A stretch of DNA of 64,000 bases from NCBI GenBank assembly GCA_951406725.2, contig OX597834.1, positions 33,046,001 through 33,110,000 on the forward strand, written 5' to 3'. The notes below the pieces were generated by a model. That model ran no database searches. It was not told the DNA's origin and was given only the letters and a program-made list of their open reading frames with translations. Below are positions 42,197-57,466 of this stretch, piece by piece (the stretch's first letter is position 1; each line of letters opens with the position of its first letter). The translations under genes and the position numbers were made by a program. Source of the DNA: Octopus vulgaris. Its lineage: Eukaryota.

Positions 42197-42730
42197 TACA
42201 CACCAGTAATACAATATGAATAGTACAAAAAGGAAACACATTATGTGTGCTGCAATGAAAATATTACAAAAATACAGAAGTAATTTTCCAAGTTTTGTTT
42301 GGCAACACTGATTATCTCACCTGTATTTTTGCAATATATTCGTTACACCACTCACAGGTAAGTTTTCTCTTTGTACAATTCCTTTTGAAGTACTCTGTGT
42401 ATGTGTGTATGCATGTGTGTGTATATATATATATATATATATTATATAATATAAATAATATATAAATATATGCATATATACACACATATATGTACACACC
42501 TACATATATATGTATATATACATGCATTTATGGGTACAGGACATCAAAAAAAAAAACGTTGAACACAATGAGAAACGAAAACATTAAAAAAAAACATAGA
42601 AACGAACATTTTTTCGAACAACGGAAAAGACAGAAGCGAGACATACAACATAAAGAATATTCCCCTTCTTCAGTTGTCCCTGTTTCCTCTTCTCCACGTT
42701 TCGAGAGAGAGAGAGGGAGGGGGGGAGGTC

Positions 42731-42890
42731 AGGCGTAGCTGTGTGGTAAGAATCTTGCTTCCCAACCACATGGTTCTGGGTTCAGTTCCACTGCGTGCCA
42801 CCCTGGGCAAGTGTCTTCTACTGTAGCTTCGGACCGACCAAAGCCTTGTGAGTGGATTTAGTGGGCGGAAACTGAAAGAAGCCCGTCGAA
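42731..42890 (+). mobile_element. SINE family A 5' half
   Basis: Homologous to the copy at 23638. Confidence 0.85.
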
Positions 42891-42907
42891 TACATAAACA
42901 TGTATAG

Positions 42908-42944
<37 letters not shown>

Positions 42945-43350
42945 GTCTTTTTCTCCCTTTCCCTCTCTGTCTCTCTCACCCTCTCCTCTCGCTTTTCTCC
43001 CTTAGTCCTTCCTCTTCTCTCTCTCTCGCCCTCCCTCGCATTCGGTGATCCCCCCCTCTCTTTATTTGGTCCCTCTGATTTCTTTCCTCTCTCTCCTATT
43101 CCTCTTAGTCCCTCTGCCTTCTTCAACTCCTCCCCTCCTCTACCACGTGATCATTGTCCGGTTTATGCATTGTCGTCCTTTTCCGGCTGACCGGCATTTG
43201 AGGTCAGTCGCATCTGTTCCGTTCTGTCTCGCCACCCGGTCATTTAATATTTTTTCCGTCTCCTTTTTCCCTGCGCTACCTTACTACCAATGTCCGATAG
43301 TCAAATGACCCTATTTTGTTTTGCTTAATTCATTGTTGTATGGCCGAAAG

Positions 43351-43692
43351 GCGTTTGTCCATTGTGTTTTCTTTTACTTGGTTCAGTCATTTGACTGCGG
43401 CCATGCTAGAGCACCGCCTTTAGTCGAGGAAATCTACCCCAGGACTTATTCTTTGTAAGCCTAGTACTTATTCTATCGGTGTCTTTTTGCCGAACCGCTA
43501 AGTTACAGGGAAGGGACGTAAACACACCAGCATCGGTTGTCAAGCGATGTTGGGCGTGGTGGGGGACAAACACAGACACACAACACACATACACACATAT
43601 ATATGACGGGCTTCTTTCCGTTTTAGTCTACCAAATCCACTCACAAGGCTTAGGTTGGTTCGAGGCTATAGTAGAAGACACTTGCCCAAGGT
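43351..43692 (-). mobile_element. SINE family A lacking its head
   Basis: Homologous to 137-542 and cut at 43692. Confidence 0.85.
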
Positions 43693-43970
43693 GAAGGACT
43701 CCTAGCCTTTGTTAGGGCATCCTTCTAGGAGAAGGTAATTCAGGTAACTGGGATAACTCCGACATAAAACCTGCGGCTCAGTGGTTACCGATGATGTTGA
43801 CTTGTTCTTCTTTTCGGGTTATGGCTGCTGTTGCTTAGTGAGTGGGATTGACTCAGTGCACAGCCTTTCCTCACTTAAAAAAAAATCTTCTTGCACAGGC
43901 ATTGCACGATAACAACATTGATTAAGCTTCGTGCAATGGCCATTCTCGATAACGAGGGGGCAGCCACCAT
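43693..43970 (+). mobile_element. Possible RTE LINE 5'-UTR-like fragment
   Basis: TAGGGCATCCTTCTAGGAGAAGGTAA resembles the RTE 5'-UTR motif as I recall it. Confidence 0.35.
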
Positions 43971-43993
43971 ATATGTATGTATGTATGTAAAAT

Positions 43994-44172
43994 GACCCCT
44001 TTCAGTTACGAATGACCATGGGATTGCACCTAGAAAGTTTCCCTCTCAGGATTGGCAGTCGCCTATACATACCAGGCTCTCTCCACGCCACCGATATTGT
44101 CCAAGAGAAAGGCAAAGGGGCCGATACAGCTTGGCACCAGTGACGTCACAACTCATTTATATAGCTGAATGA
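43994..44172 (-). mobile_element. SINE family D 3' fragment
   Basis: Matches 46081-46290 with an internal deletion. Confidence 0.75.
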
Positions 44173-44405
44173 ACAACTGAATATGTGTGTGTGTTTGTGT
44201 GTGTGTGAGTGTTATATCAAAAACATTATCTATTTATATTCTGTTGGCAAGACAGCGCGGTTAAGTAGTTTGCTTTGCAACCGCGCGGTCCCCGGTTCAG
44301 TTCCACTGCGTGGTACCTCGGGTAAATATCTTCCCCAAAGAGGCACGGGCTGTCAAATGTCTTGTGAGAGAATTTGGTTGATGGAAATTGTGTAGAAGCT
44401 CATCG

Positions 44406-45150
<745 letters not shown>

Positions 45151-45225
45151 ATATGTATATACATACATATATATATGTATATGTGTGTGTGTATGTGTGT
45201 GTGTGTATATTCATATACATACGTA

Positions 45226-45267
<42 letters not shown>

Positions 45268-45338
45268 TATATATATATATGTATATACATATATGTATAT
45301 ATGTATATATATATGTATGTAATAATAAATCTCTGAAG

Positions 45339-45379
<41 letters not shown>

Positions 45380-45578
45380 CACACATATTTATATACATAT
45401 GGAAGTGTGTGTGTCTAATTATATTTTATGTGTCTGCGCACATAGGTGGATGTGTGTGTGTGTGTGTGTGTGTATGACTATGCTCTTTCTTCGTTATCAG
45501 GGCGAAAATGTTTAATAAAGCGAGAATTTTCGTGAAATTTCTTACACCTACACACACGCATACCTACATAAACACTCA

Positions 45579-45649
<71 letters not shown>

Positions 45650-45694
45650 CTTATACATACTTCTTTATGTGTATGTGTACACACACACACCTAC

Positions 45695-45895
45695 ACACAT
45701 TGTGTGCGTACGTGACAATTTATTACAAGCAACTGTGAACAAAAGCGTCGTTAATTGTTTGCGCTTAAATAGGTTACACCCACATACACATACACGTACA
45801 CGAACTGTGTGTGTCACACATTTATTGCAAGCATGTGTGAACAAGAGAATCGTTAGTTATCTGTGTTTAAATTAGTCGTGTATACCCACACGTAG
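45695..45895. repeat. Diverged tandem duplication of about 100 bp
   Basis: ATTTATT(A/G)CAAGCA..TGTGAACAA..TCGTTA..TTAAAT occurs twice. Confidence 0.6.
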
Positions 45896-46080
45896 ATGCT
45901 ATAGTCACACCCACACACACATACATACGCTCATCTATCAAAAACAACTTCTAGAATTTAAGCCAGAGCATGTGATTTTAATAACCGAAGCTATATGATT
46001 AAAGTAAGGTAGATATATAACATATAACAATTAAAGTAAGGTACATATATAATCCTTCTTCTAGCTGTCTCTCATGCTGA

Positions 46081-46412
46081 GACCCCTTTCGATCATGACT
46101 GACCGTGGGATTGCACCTAGAAAGTGACGCTCCCAGGCACAAGTCCGGGCAATGTTGTTTATGGAAGACCAGCAGTCGCCCATGCATACCAGCCTCCCCT
46201 CTCCACGCCACCAGTGTTATCCAAGGGAAAGGTAAAGGCCGATACATCTTGGCACCAGTGACGTCGCAACTCAATTCTACAGCTGAGTGAACTGGAGCAA
46301 CATGAAATAAAGTGTCTTGCTCAAGAACACAACACGCAGCCCGGTCCGAGATTAGAACTCACAGCTTCACGATCGTAAGCTCGACGCTCTAACCACTGAG
46401 TGATGCGCCTTC
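46081..46412 (-). mobile_element. tRNA-derived SINE family D, full length
   Basis: Minus-strand head GAAGGCGCATCACTCAGTGGTTAGAGCGTCGAGCTTACGATCG...GAGTTCTAATCTC. Confidence 0.85.
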
Positions 46413-47084
46413 ACTCATGAGGCTGAAAGATTTAAAGAATTTTTTCAAAGTGTCTACATTTGACAAAGATATTTGATCTAAATTTTAAATGGCACTTTTG
46501 TTCATAAAATTTTAGGAGGACTCTTTTTTCCTTCTGCTGTACACAGATCACGCCTTATATTTCCAATTTAGTAGATTCTAGATCTTTTTAAATATTCACT
46601 ATTATCTATGGAAGCTGAAACGGTATATAAAACTGGCATTGTGCCTGCTACGACAACCAGGATTCAAGTGATTCGGAGCATCAGAACAGCCTGCTCATGA
46701 AATTAACGTGAAAGTGGCTGAACTCTCCACAGACACACCATTCTTACGGATTTTTAGCGTTCTCCAGACGCATCTCGCATCATATACCTCAGCGCAACCG
46801 CAGTTTCTTCTGAATAGATTCAAGACTAGGCATTTTTTAAAATTCATTTTGCATACTGCAGGAGCTCTTAATTGGCGATACTGTCACGCCAATAACTGCT
46901 CATTATAGCTTGTAGCTGGCGTAAATGACAACGCTTCGGCTTTTTGATATGCCGACCATGCAGTGTATACGTCTCAGCAGAATACAACAGACTGGATGAG
47001 TGATGGCATTGCTCCTGCCCCTGCTGGTCTTCAGGCTTACTCAGTCATTTGTCAACACTTATATATATACTCACACATATATAT

Positions 47085-47115
<31 letters not shown>

Positions 47116-47177
47116 CATATATACATATATATATACATATGTATATATATATGTATATATATATGTATATATATATG

Positions 47178-47229
<52 letters not shown>

Positions 47230-47447
47230 TATATACATATATACATATGTATATATATATATATGTATATATATATGTATATATATATATATATATACAT
47301 ATATATACATATACATATACATATATATATTCATGTATACATATGTGTGTGTATACGTTTATATGTGAGCATATGTCTATACGTTTATGAATATACAGAC
47401 ATGTGTGTATGTGTAAGTACATATGCCTGTGTCTGTGTGTGTGTGTT

Positions 47448-47516
<69 letters not shown>

Positions 47517-47599
47517 CGACTACCTTCTGTGGTTGGCTTCTTTCTCTTAACTGCAACGGGAGTAGGTCAATGAGTGACCACAACAACCACAACATCAAC

Positions 47600-47631
<32 letters not shown>

Positions 47632-47793
47632 CAACAACAACATAACAAGCAGAATTATCTAAAGGACAAAGAAAACCGTCATCAAAAACCTTTACACGTT
47701 TCACCAACACTCTTAAGTTTCTCAATCCAAGTTATCTCCCCTTCTCTCTCTGTCTTTCTGTCTGTTTGTTTCTCTCTCCCTCTATCTCGCTCT

Positions 47794-47866
<73 letters not shown>

Positions 47867-48033
47867 GAGCACTTAGTATTTCTTCTCGGTTTCACATTTT
47901 CACTACTCTATGTCATTAACCGATTTGTTAACATTCAGCCAGCAATGGTAATATGCTTACCTCTTTCAATGAAGATCGACCAGGACACAAACACGCATAC
48001 ATTATGTTATACATACATACATACATACATACA

Positions 48034-48065
<32 letters not shown>

Positions 48066-48599
48066 CACATGCATACACATACACATACATACATGTATAC
48101 ATACATACACATATACATACATACATACATACATACATACATACATACATACATACATACATACATACATACATACATACATACATACATGCATACGTAC
48201 GTACGTACGTATGTATAATATGCCCAATGCCAAATTTTACATTCAAACGAACACACACACAAGCGTGTATGTATGTGCGTATATATTTATGTATTGTATT
48301 TTATGTATGTATGTATGTATGAGTGTGTGTGTATGTATGTATGTATGTATGTATGTATGTATGTATATGTGTATGTATGTATGTATGTATGTATGTATGT
48401 GTGTATGTGTGTATGTATGTATGTATGTATGTATGTATGTATGTATGTATGTATGTATGTATGTATGTATGTATGTATGTATGTATGTATGTATGTATGT
48501 ATGTATGTATGTATGTATGTTCTCTTCTATTTTTAATTATTTAGATTCTTCCTCTGGGGAAGGAGCTGGTTTCCAACAAATATAAAAAGTTCCATCATT

Positions 48600-49575
48600 C
48601 GAGTGTAGATAACAAAATTAACTTCAAATTTTAGACTTATGAAAAGTCTTGCAGATTTTAACTCTTCCACTTACAAATTGCAATGTGCGAGTTAGTTGTT
48701 TGATTTCTTTTACTAAAAATCCCAGCTTTCTCAGATTGTCGCTTAGACATTTGCTCACAAAACCATCGGTACCAATTTTTATTGGTATAGATGTGATTTT
48801 ATAATCTGGGAACACAAGCTGGAAATCTCGAAGCAGTTGTCTCTAGTTGTCCTCTTTCTCTTTGGCTTTCGAAGAGATATTTACATCATATGGGAAACTG
48901 ACCCCTATGACAATGCATACTTTTTTCTTATCTGTCCCAAGCATCAATACCCGGTGTGACCGCGTGTGTACCGTTGGCGATTTTTTTTCCTGTCTTCCCT
49001 TCTTTGGATCTTTCCTTCTCCTATGTTTCCGACGAAGAGCTCCGCTCGAAACGTTAAACCCTCCTTCTTTCCTTCTTTCCTGAGCGTCCAATAATACTAT
49101 ATTTGTTCCACGTCCTCGCGTTGTTGTGTTTTTTTTGTGCTTTCTTGTTTGGATTAACTTGTTATCTGTTTAGAGGTTCTGATGGAAATGTTCCGCCAAA
49201 ATTCCTCGTTTAAGTATGTATTCAATAAAAGGGGTTGTTCGCTATATTTGTTCCAAGATAGTCTATTATTTTTCGAATGGAATTGTATACTGTTTCAGCG
49301 ACAACGTTACATAGGAAAGTAGTAACTTGATGACATTTTCCCGCAGCTGCTAATCGCATGTGTGAAGCCTTCCACAGAGAGAAATGTAGCAGAGTCGACA
49401 TTTTCCATTGCAACGTGTGGCTCTTTTGTCAAAGTCTATTTTGCTTAAGTATTTTGTTGTAATCTCTTGCTCTTAACGCATAGCATTTTCAAAGTGTGGC
49501 GTAGCGGTCACAAATCCAAAAAAGATTGTACTTCATGGCGCTATTATTCTCACCTTCAAGTCTTTGGGAAACACA
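48600..49575 (-). mobile_element. Decayed Dong/R4-type LINE 3' region (zinc knuckle and RLE), interrupted at 48985-49160
   Basis: EQEITTKYL...KCRLC...FTHAISSC...NVVAETVYNSIRK, then KKVCIVIGVSFPYDVNISSKAKEKEDN, then FPDYK...LGF...VSGRVKICKTF. Confidence 0.8.
48985..49160 (+). mobile_element. Penelope-like terminal fragment with hammerhead-like motif (49025-49059)
   Basis: GTTT CCGACGA A GAGC TCC GCTC GAAA CG TT AAAC. Confidence 0.65.
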
Positions 49576-49720
49576 TCTAGGCGGAGTGGGGGCGGATTGT
49601 TTTGCTTTTGTTTACGTTTAAATCCTTAAAATCCTTTAAAATGTTTCAGCCCGAAGGCTGCGGCCATGCTGGGGCATTCTGAGCGTTTTGTATCCAGGTT
49701 TTCTTTGAGGTATGTTTTAG

Positions 49721-49986
49721 TGGAGGCGCAATGGCCCAATGGTTAGGGCAGCAAACTCGCGGTTTCGATTCCCAGACCGGGTGCTGTGTGTGTTTATTGA
49801 GCGAAAACACTTAAAGCTCCACGAGGCTCCGGCAGGTGTGGTGGCGACCCCTGTTGTACTCTTTCGCCCCAACTTTCTCTCACTCTTTCTTCATGTTTCT
49901 TGAGTAACGCTGCGATGGACTGGCGTCCCGTCCAGCGGGGAGGGGGGACACATACGCCATAGAAACCAGGAAACCGGGCCCATGAG
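49721..49986 (+). mobile_element. SINE family C variant (same head, different 3' tail)
   Basis: Head matches the reverse complement of 13650-13829 and diverges after CTTTCTCTCACTCTT. Confidence 0.8.
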
Positions 49987-50199
49987 AAATTGATTAAGGC
50001 AGCTTATGTACAGCTTGTACTTAAAGTTTAGGCAAGCAAGAATGAAACCATTAATTCAGTGGTTTCATTGTTCGGTACAAGAATTGTCCGTGTTGTAGGA
50101 AGCCTGTCTGGTGTGTCAAACTGACTTCTCATTGTTCTTGTCAATGCACATATCAATGGTGGCCTTCAGTACCAAGATCAACAATAATTTTTTTTTTTT

Positions 50200-50310
50200 A
50201 GTTAATTGATCTGTTAAGGGGAGGACTCTTTGATCTTTGTTGAAAGCGGTACAATCGTAGACAGATGTTTCGGTATATTGGGTGTCGTCAGTATTATAAT
50301 GCATGCAAGG
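50200..50310 (-). mobile_element. Possible LINE RT catalytic-motif remnant
   Basis: HYNTDDTQY...DCTAFNKD resembles YADDTQ...DC..LQ.D. Confidence 0.3.
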
Positions 50311-51044
50311 GTTACAGTGTTCGATTTCAATTCATGCTACTATATGAAAAAGCAAATACCAATTCCGAGGACATTGCTAGATCAGTGATGACCGAGGGTT
50401 AAACAATAACAGTAACACAAGTAAGGTGAGCCACTGAGAGGGTCTCTACGCTGTCGCTTGATAGGAATAGATGCTAAATGTTCCTCAGATCGAACTCTGT
50501 CATCTTAAGCCAGAAAGAACATATTTAAAAAACCGTAGTTATAGATTCCACTACAAAGATGGGACGGTCGTGGATGGATTGTCGTTGATCATGGATCTAC
50601 TGGATTTGGACTGACATGAGGTCAAACATCGCCAACACCACCAACCACACAGTTGACACACGCACTTACTCGCACACACACACACACACACACACATACA
50701 GACACACACACATACACAGACGCACAAATACACACGCGCGCACGCACGCACACACTACCACCAACACCACCATTACGGGTACATCGCTGCTCCTCCCATC
50801 GCCACCGCTGACCAACCAATCACACTTCATTTCAACGGAGTACTGCGAAGTTGAGTGAAGGTGGGAGTATGAAGTTGACGCGCGGGGAGGAGGCGGAGAA
50901 GGAATGGGTGTGGTGGTGGTGGAAAGGGGTGAGTATGTCACGACCACAACATATCGACTTTTGAACTCCCCTCCACCTCCATTCTCCGGCCGTCTCCCCC
51001 CCCACCACCACCACTAATATAGACGAGCACTTCGTAAGCAATCA

Positions 51045-51189
51045 CCATCTCGTTGTCATCAGCGTCATCATCACTATCAGCATCACAACCATCATCGTTA
51101 CTACCATCGTGCTCACCAATATCACAACCACCACCACCACCACCACCGACGTCGTCATCATCATTATCATCATCATCATTATCATCATT

Positions 51190-51234
<45 letters not shown>

Positions 51235-51259
51235 GTCATCATCATCGTCATCGTCGTCG

Positions 51260-51291
<32 letters not shown>

Positions 51292-51298
51292 GTCATCG

Positions 51299-51351
<53 letters not shown>

Positions 51352-51392
51352 GTCATCATCATCATCATCATCATCATCAACACCATCACCAC

Positions 51393-51424
<32 letters not shown>

Positions 51425-51465
51425 CCATCACCATCACCACCATCATCATCATCATCATCATCATT

Positions 51466-51537
<72 letters not shown>

Positions 51538-51544
51538 GTCGTCG

Positions 51545-51592
<48 letters not shown>

Positions 51593-51870
51593 GTAACATC
51601 ATAAACACTACCATCATTACCGCCACCCCCATCGCCACTACCACCATCACCGCCAGCACAGTACCACCATAAACATCTCCACCGCCACCTATCGGCACTA
51701 ACAACATCACCACCACCACCACTACAACCACCACCGCTACAACCACCACCGCTAACACCACCACCACCACCACCACAACCACCACCACAACCACCACCGC
51801 TACAACCACCACCGCTAACACCACCACCACCGCAACCATTACCACTCCACCACTACCATCACCACCATCC
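51045..51870. repeat. (ATC)n/(ACC)n microsatellite
   Basis: Seen directly in the sequence. Confidence 0.95.
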
Positions 51871-52159
51871 TGCTTCTGATCTGTTCGGTTGCTAATAGCA
51901 ACCAAACAGTTCGATATATGTCATGACGTAACTCTGATTGATTACCATTTCCGATTGTTACGGGTGGCTGACTATGAAGAGGTGGTCGGGTACAGGTTGG
52001 TGAGTGTCAGTGTGTGTGTGAGTGTGTGTGTCTGTGTGTGTCTGTGTCTGTGTGAGTGTCTGTGTGTATGCGTGTGTGTGTCTATGTGCGTATATGTGTG
52101 TGTGCGTGCGTGTATGTGTTAGTGTGTGTATGTGTGTATGTGTGAGTATGTGTGTATAC

Positions 52160-52255
<96 letters not shown>

Positions 52256-52322
52256 CAGCACTATCTCCGTCACCACCACTATCACCACGACTACTACCAC
52301 CACTACCACGGCAACTATATGC

Positions 52323-52404
<82 letters not shown>

Positions 52405-53011
52405 CGCGAGAGAGAGAGAGAGGGTAGACAGACACACAGGAATGTGTGAGAGTGTGTATTATATAAGTGTGTCTACAGATGTATGTGTGCTTCTATGTAT
52501 GTACGTAAGCATGCATGCATGTGTGTAAGCATGAATGTATGTATGTTTGTGTGTGCGTGTATGCATGTACGTATGTATGTATGTATGTATGTATGTATGT
52601 ATGTATGTATGTATGTATGTATGTATGTATGTATGTATGTGCATGTACGTGTGTATCCATGTTTGTAAGTATGTGTGGATGTATGTATGTATGCATGTTT
52701 GTGTGCATGGGTGTTGGTATGGTGGATGTGCATGCATTATATGTATGGATGTATATATATATGTGTGTGTGTATACATACGTACGTACGAATGTATGTAT
52801 GCGTGTATGTATTTAGACGTGTATGTATGTAGGGAGGGATAGATGTATATATATATATACCCTACCAAGAATTCACAACGGCCTCGAACACACAACTGCA
52901 AACAAGGGAGACAGAGAAAGGCAGAATGCCACTTATATTTGAACACTATACAAATATTCCTTTAAAAAAACTTTTCTTTTAATTTTTCTAAATTTAATTA
53001 TTTAATCGTTA

Positions 53012-53049
53012 CAGTTGAAAAGGTCTCAAAATGACCGAAACCGGTACTG
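53012..53049 (+). ncRNA. Minimal hammerhead-like motif, U3:A8 variant
   Basis: CAG TTGAAAA GGTC TCAAAAT GACC GAAA CCGG TA CTG. Confidence 0.65.
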
Positions 53050-53135
53050 AAATGTTCTTTATAAAATTATTTTAGCATTTTCTATTTTGACTTGTTTTTT
53101 CATATATATCAACTCGTGTGTTCCTTTTCACCCTT

Positions 53136-53578
<443 letters not shown>

Positions 53579-53725
53579 TTCGTTATGATATGTGGTTTGC
53601 GCCTGATGATAATGTGATATTTCTCAGCATATGAAACTATTATTAGCACTTTAATACATGTATTGTGTCCTTTAAATAAATAATACTTCTCTCCCACCAG
53701 ATGGAGTACTTTATTTGCTGAATCC

Positions 53726-54129
53726 TAACATAAAATTGCCAACCAAGTGTGGCGTCTTATACAGGACAGTGCTACTGACGTTTATCGCCGCAGGAAGACA
53801 TCTCTTCCAGCTGGCTAACGACACGCACTCTGTGTCCGATTAGTATTTGCGAGGGAGGTCATCGCTCCCATCTCTAGCCTTATGTGATACACACGGATTT
53901 GAGTTTCTGGGTGGTTACGCGTCACCAGTGTTAGTTAATCACAAGGTAGTGATGAAAGCACATTCCTCTCGCAAAATACTAAATGCTTCTTCCAGCGACA
54001 AACTGTCGCTGATCGCGAAAATGGAGAAATAAGCTTCATTAAATCTCTCAGCAAGATATAAACAGTAGCAATACGGAATCGTAACATATAATTGCCAACC
54101 AAGGGTGGCGTCCTGTACAGGACAGTGCT
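53726..54129. repeat. Unit bounded by 48-bp direct repeats (period 356 bp)
   Basis: TAACATAAAATTGCCAACCAAGTGTGGCGTCTTATACAGGACAGTGCT versus TAACATATAATTGCCAACCAAGGGTGGCGTCCTGTACAGGACAGTGCT. Confidence 0.75.
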
Positions 54130-54221
54130 TGTTAATAAAAGCCGGGGTGCGTTGCGTTCCGTTACTTAATAAATGGAAAAAGAGTAAATACGCAACGCTT
54201 TGTGTATTTACAAAGCATTGT

Positions 54222-54326
<105 letters not shown>

Positions 54327-54432
54327 TGGATCCGTTCCTCTTTCTGTACATGTGTATATGTTAATGAATGTATGTGTACATCCACGAGTCACATTGTTTA
54401 TGTATGTATGTATGCATACATACATACATACA

Positions 54433-54468
<36 letters not shown>

Positions 54469-54496
54469 CACACACATATATATATATATGTATATG

Positions 54497-54635
<139 letters not shown>

Positions 54636-55232
54636 GTATATATATATTGCAGTTTGCGCAGGTATATATAATGCATGCGTGTACATATAATTTTGTATGT
54701 TTGTGTGCGTGTGTGCGTGTGTGAGTATATGGAAGTACCTGTATGTGTGTGTGTGTGTGTAGCTATGAGTCTCTCTCCATATACATTTTACTTTCGCTTT
54801 CACTCTTTCTCTCTCTCTCTCTCTCTCCCTCCCTCTCTCTCTCTCACTCTGTGCATTCACACACATATGTATGTATGCATGTATGTATGTATGTATGTAT
54901 GTATGTATGTATGCATGTATGTATGCATGTATGTATGTATGTATGTATGTATGTATGTATGTATGTATGTATGTATGTATGTATGTATGTACGAGTGTAT
55001 GCGTGTGTGTTCATTAGTATGCGTGTGTGTCAAGAGGTCAGACATTGCGATGCAGTCGTTGGGTCTCAATGACCTGCTTTTGTCATTTGCCGTTTAAACA
55101 GAATATAATTTATCATAATTTAATCGCTTATACACACACGCACGCACACACACATATACACACATACATATACACATCATGTTTGCATATATATATGTAT
55201 ATATATATATATTTATATATGTATATATATAT

Positions 55233-55277
<45 letters not shown>

Positions 55278-55367
55278 TATATACATATACATATGTATAT
55301 ATATATATATGTATATATATATACATATATATATATATATGCATATATACATATACATATGTATATA

Positions 55368-55420
<53 letters not shown>

Positions 55421-55732
55421 TATATATATATACATATACATATATATGTATATATATATACATATATATATATACATATATATATGTATATATATATATA
55501 CATACATACAAAGAGGGAATCAGACAGACAGATCAAACAGGGATAAACGCATACACACATAGATACATGCATACATCCATACATACACACATACATACAC
55601 ACACGCCCACACACACACAAACACCCACCCACACATATATATATATACACATATATATTTACACATATATATGTACATATATACATATATACATACATAT
55701 GTATGTAAGTAGGTATGCATATATACATATAT

Positions 55733-55848
<116 letters not shown>

Positions 55849-56200
55849 ATGTATGAATAAATGTATGCTTGTATGTACAAGTGGCGGATCTTGCGGAGTC
55901 TCCAAATTACAATATAGAGAGCTGCTTATAAATAAGTTATCAGTATGTAACTTTTAGTAAAAAGAAGGAATTCTCAATGTCTAAACTCTCTAGAATATTC
56001 TTGGAAATTCTTTTTTTTTATATATATTGTTTCTATCAAAATTTAGTTTATAAAATTCTTTTATTATTCGTATATTTAAATATGCGTGTGTATCTTTGTG
56101 TTTATGTTCACCCACCCCTCACATACACACATATATACATACTTACATACATATCTTTCTATCTATCTATCTATCTATCTATCTATATATATATATGTAT

Positions 56201-56385
56201 AAAGTTAATCCAAACAAGAAAACAAAAACAAAAAAAAAACAACAACGCAAGGACGTGGAACAAATAAAGTATTATTGGACGCTCAGGAATGAAGGGAAGA
56301 AGGAGGGTTTGACGTTTCGAGCGGAGCTCTTCGTCGGAAACATAGGAGAAGGAAAGATCCCGAGAAGGGAAGACAGAGGGAAAAA
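56201..56385 (-). mobile_element. Penelope-like terminal fragment with hammerhead-like motif (56307-56341, GUC site)
   Basis: Minus strand: GTTT CCGACGA A GAGC TCC GCTC GAAA CG TC AAAC. Confidence 0.65.
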
Positions 56386-56414
56386 ATGGCTAGTGATACA
56401 GACATACATATATA

Positions 56415-57037
56415 TTCTTTTATTCTTTTGCTTGTTTCAGTCATTTGACTGCAGCCATACTGGTGCATGGCCCTTAAATGGCTTTAATCGAAGAAGTCTA
56501 CCTCAGGACTTATTCTTCGTAAGCCTAGAACTTATTTTATCGGTCTCATTTGCCGAACCGGTAGGTTACGTGGACCTAAATACACCAGCATTGGTTGTCA
56601 AGCGATGGTGGGAGACAAACACAGACACACAAAATATATGCATATACATATATATATATATATATATAATATATATAATATGTGTATAGTTGCATAATAT
56701 TGGTTTTATCTCTAATTTATATTTTATATATATATATATATAAAAGGAAATGAAGAAAATGCTGACAAAATAATTTAAGTAATTTTATTAGGTGAAAGTT
56801 CTTTTTACCGGTTGCGCATTTGTTATGCTTATCAAAAGATTAGAGTTCCTTTCTGATAGATTTTTTCCTCTAGGAAAAAATCTATCAGAAATGAACTCTA
56901 ATCTTTTGATAAGCGTAACAAATGCGCAACCGGTAAAAAGAACTTTCACCTAATTAAATTACTTAAATTACTTAAATTATTTTGTCAGCATTTTCTTCAT
57001 TTCCTTTTTATATACCACAACTCGTGTTCCACATCTC

Positions 57038-57086
<49 letters not shown>

Positions 57087-57241
57087 ACAGACTTCATCCA
57101 GTTTCCGTTTATCAAATCTACTCACAAGACTTGGGTGGCCCGAGACTATAGAAGAATACACTTGCTCAAGGTGCCTCGCAGTCGGGCTGAACCTGTAACC
57201 ATGTGGTTGGGAAGCAAGCTTCTTGCCACTCAGCCACGCCT
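56415..57241 (-). mobile_element. SINE family A split into two halves (56415-56632 and 57085-57241)
   Basis: Both halves are collinear. The palindromic element sits in the internal TA tract. Confidence 0.8.
56737..57041. mobile_element. Near-perfect palindromic element (arms about 135 bp, centre 56870) with hammerhead-like motif in each arm
   Basis: Centre TTTTTTCCT CT AGGAAAAAA. Motif TTGATAA GCGT AACAA ATGC GCAA CCGG TA at 56906-56935. Confidence 0.75.
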
Positions 57242-57383
57242 TTCTGGAGAAAAGAGCAGTTTATGCGTGATTTTGATGTCACATTCATTGAAAGTATGCG
57301 AAATAACCGGGGGAAAAAAAACACGAAACAAAGCTCCGTTGCTGGGAAACTCAGACTTTTCCGATGACCCAACGGGTCACAGG

Positions 57384-57466
<83 letters not shown>

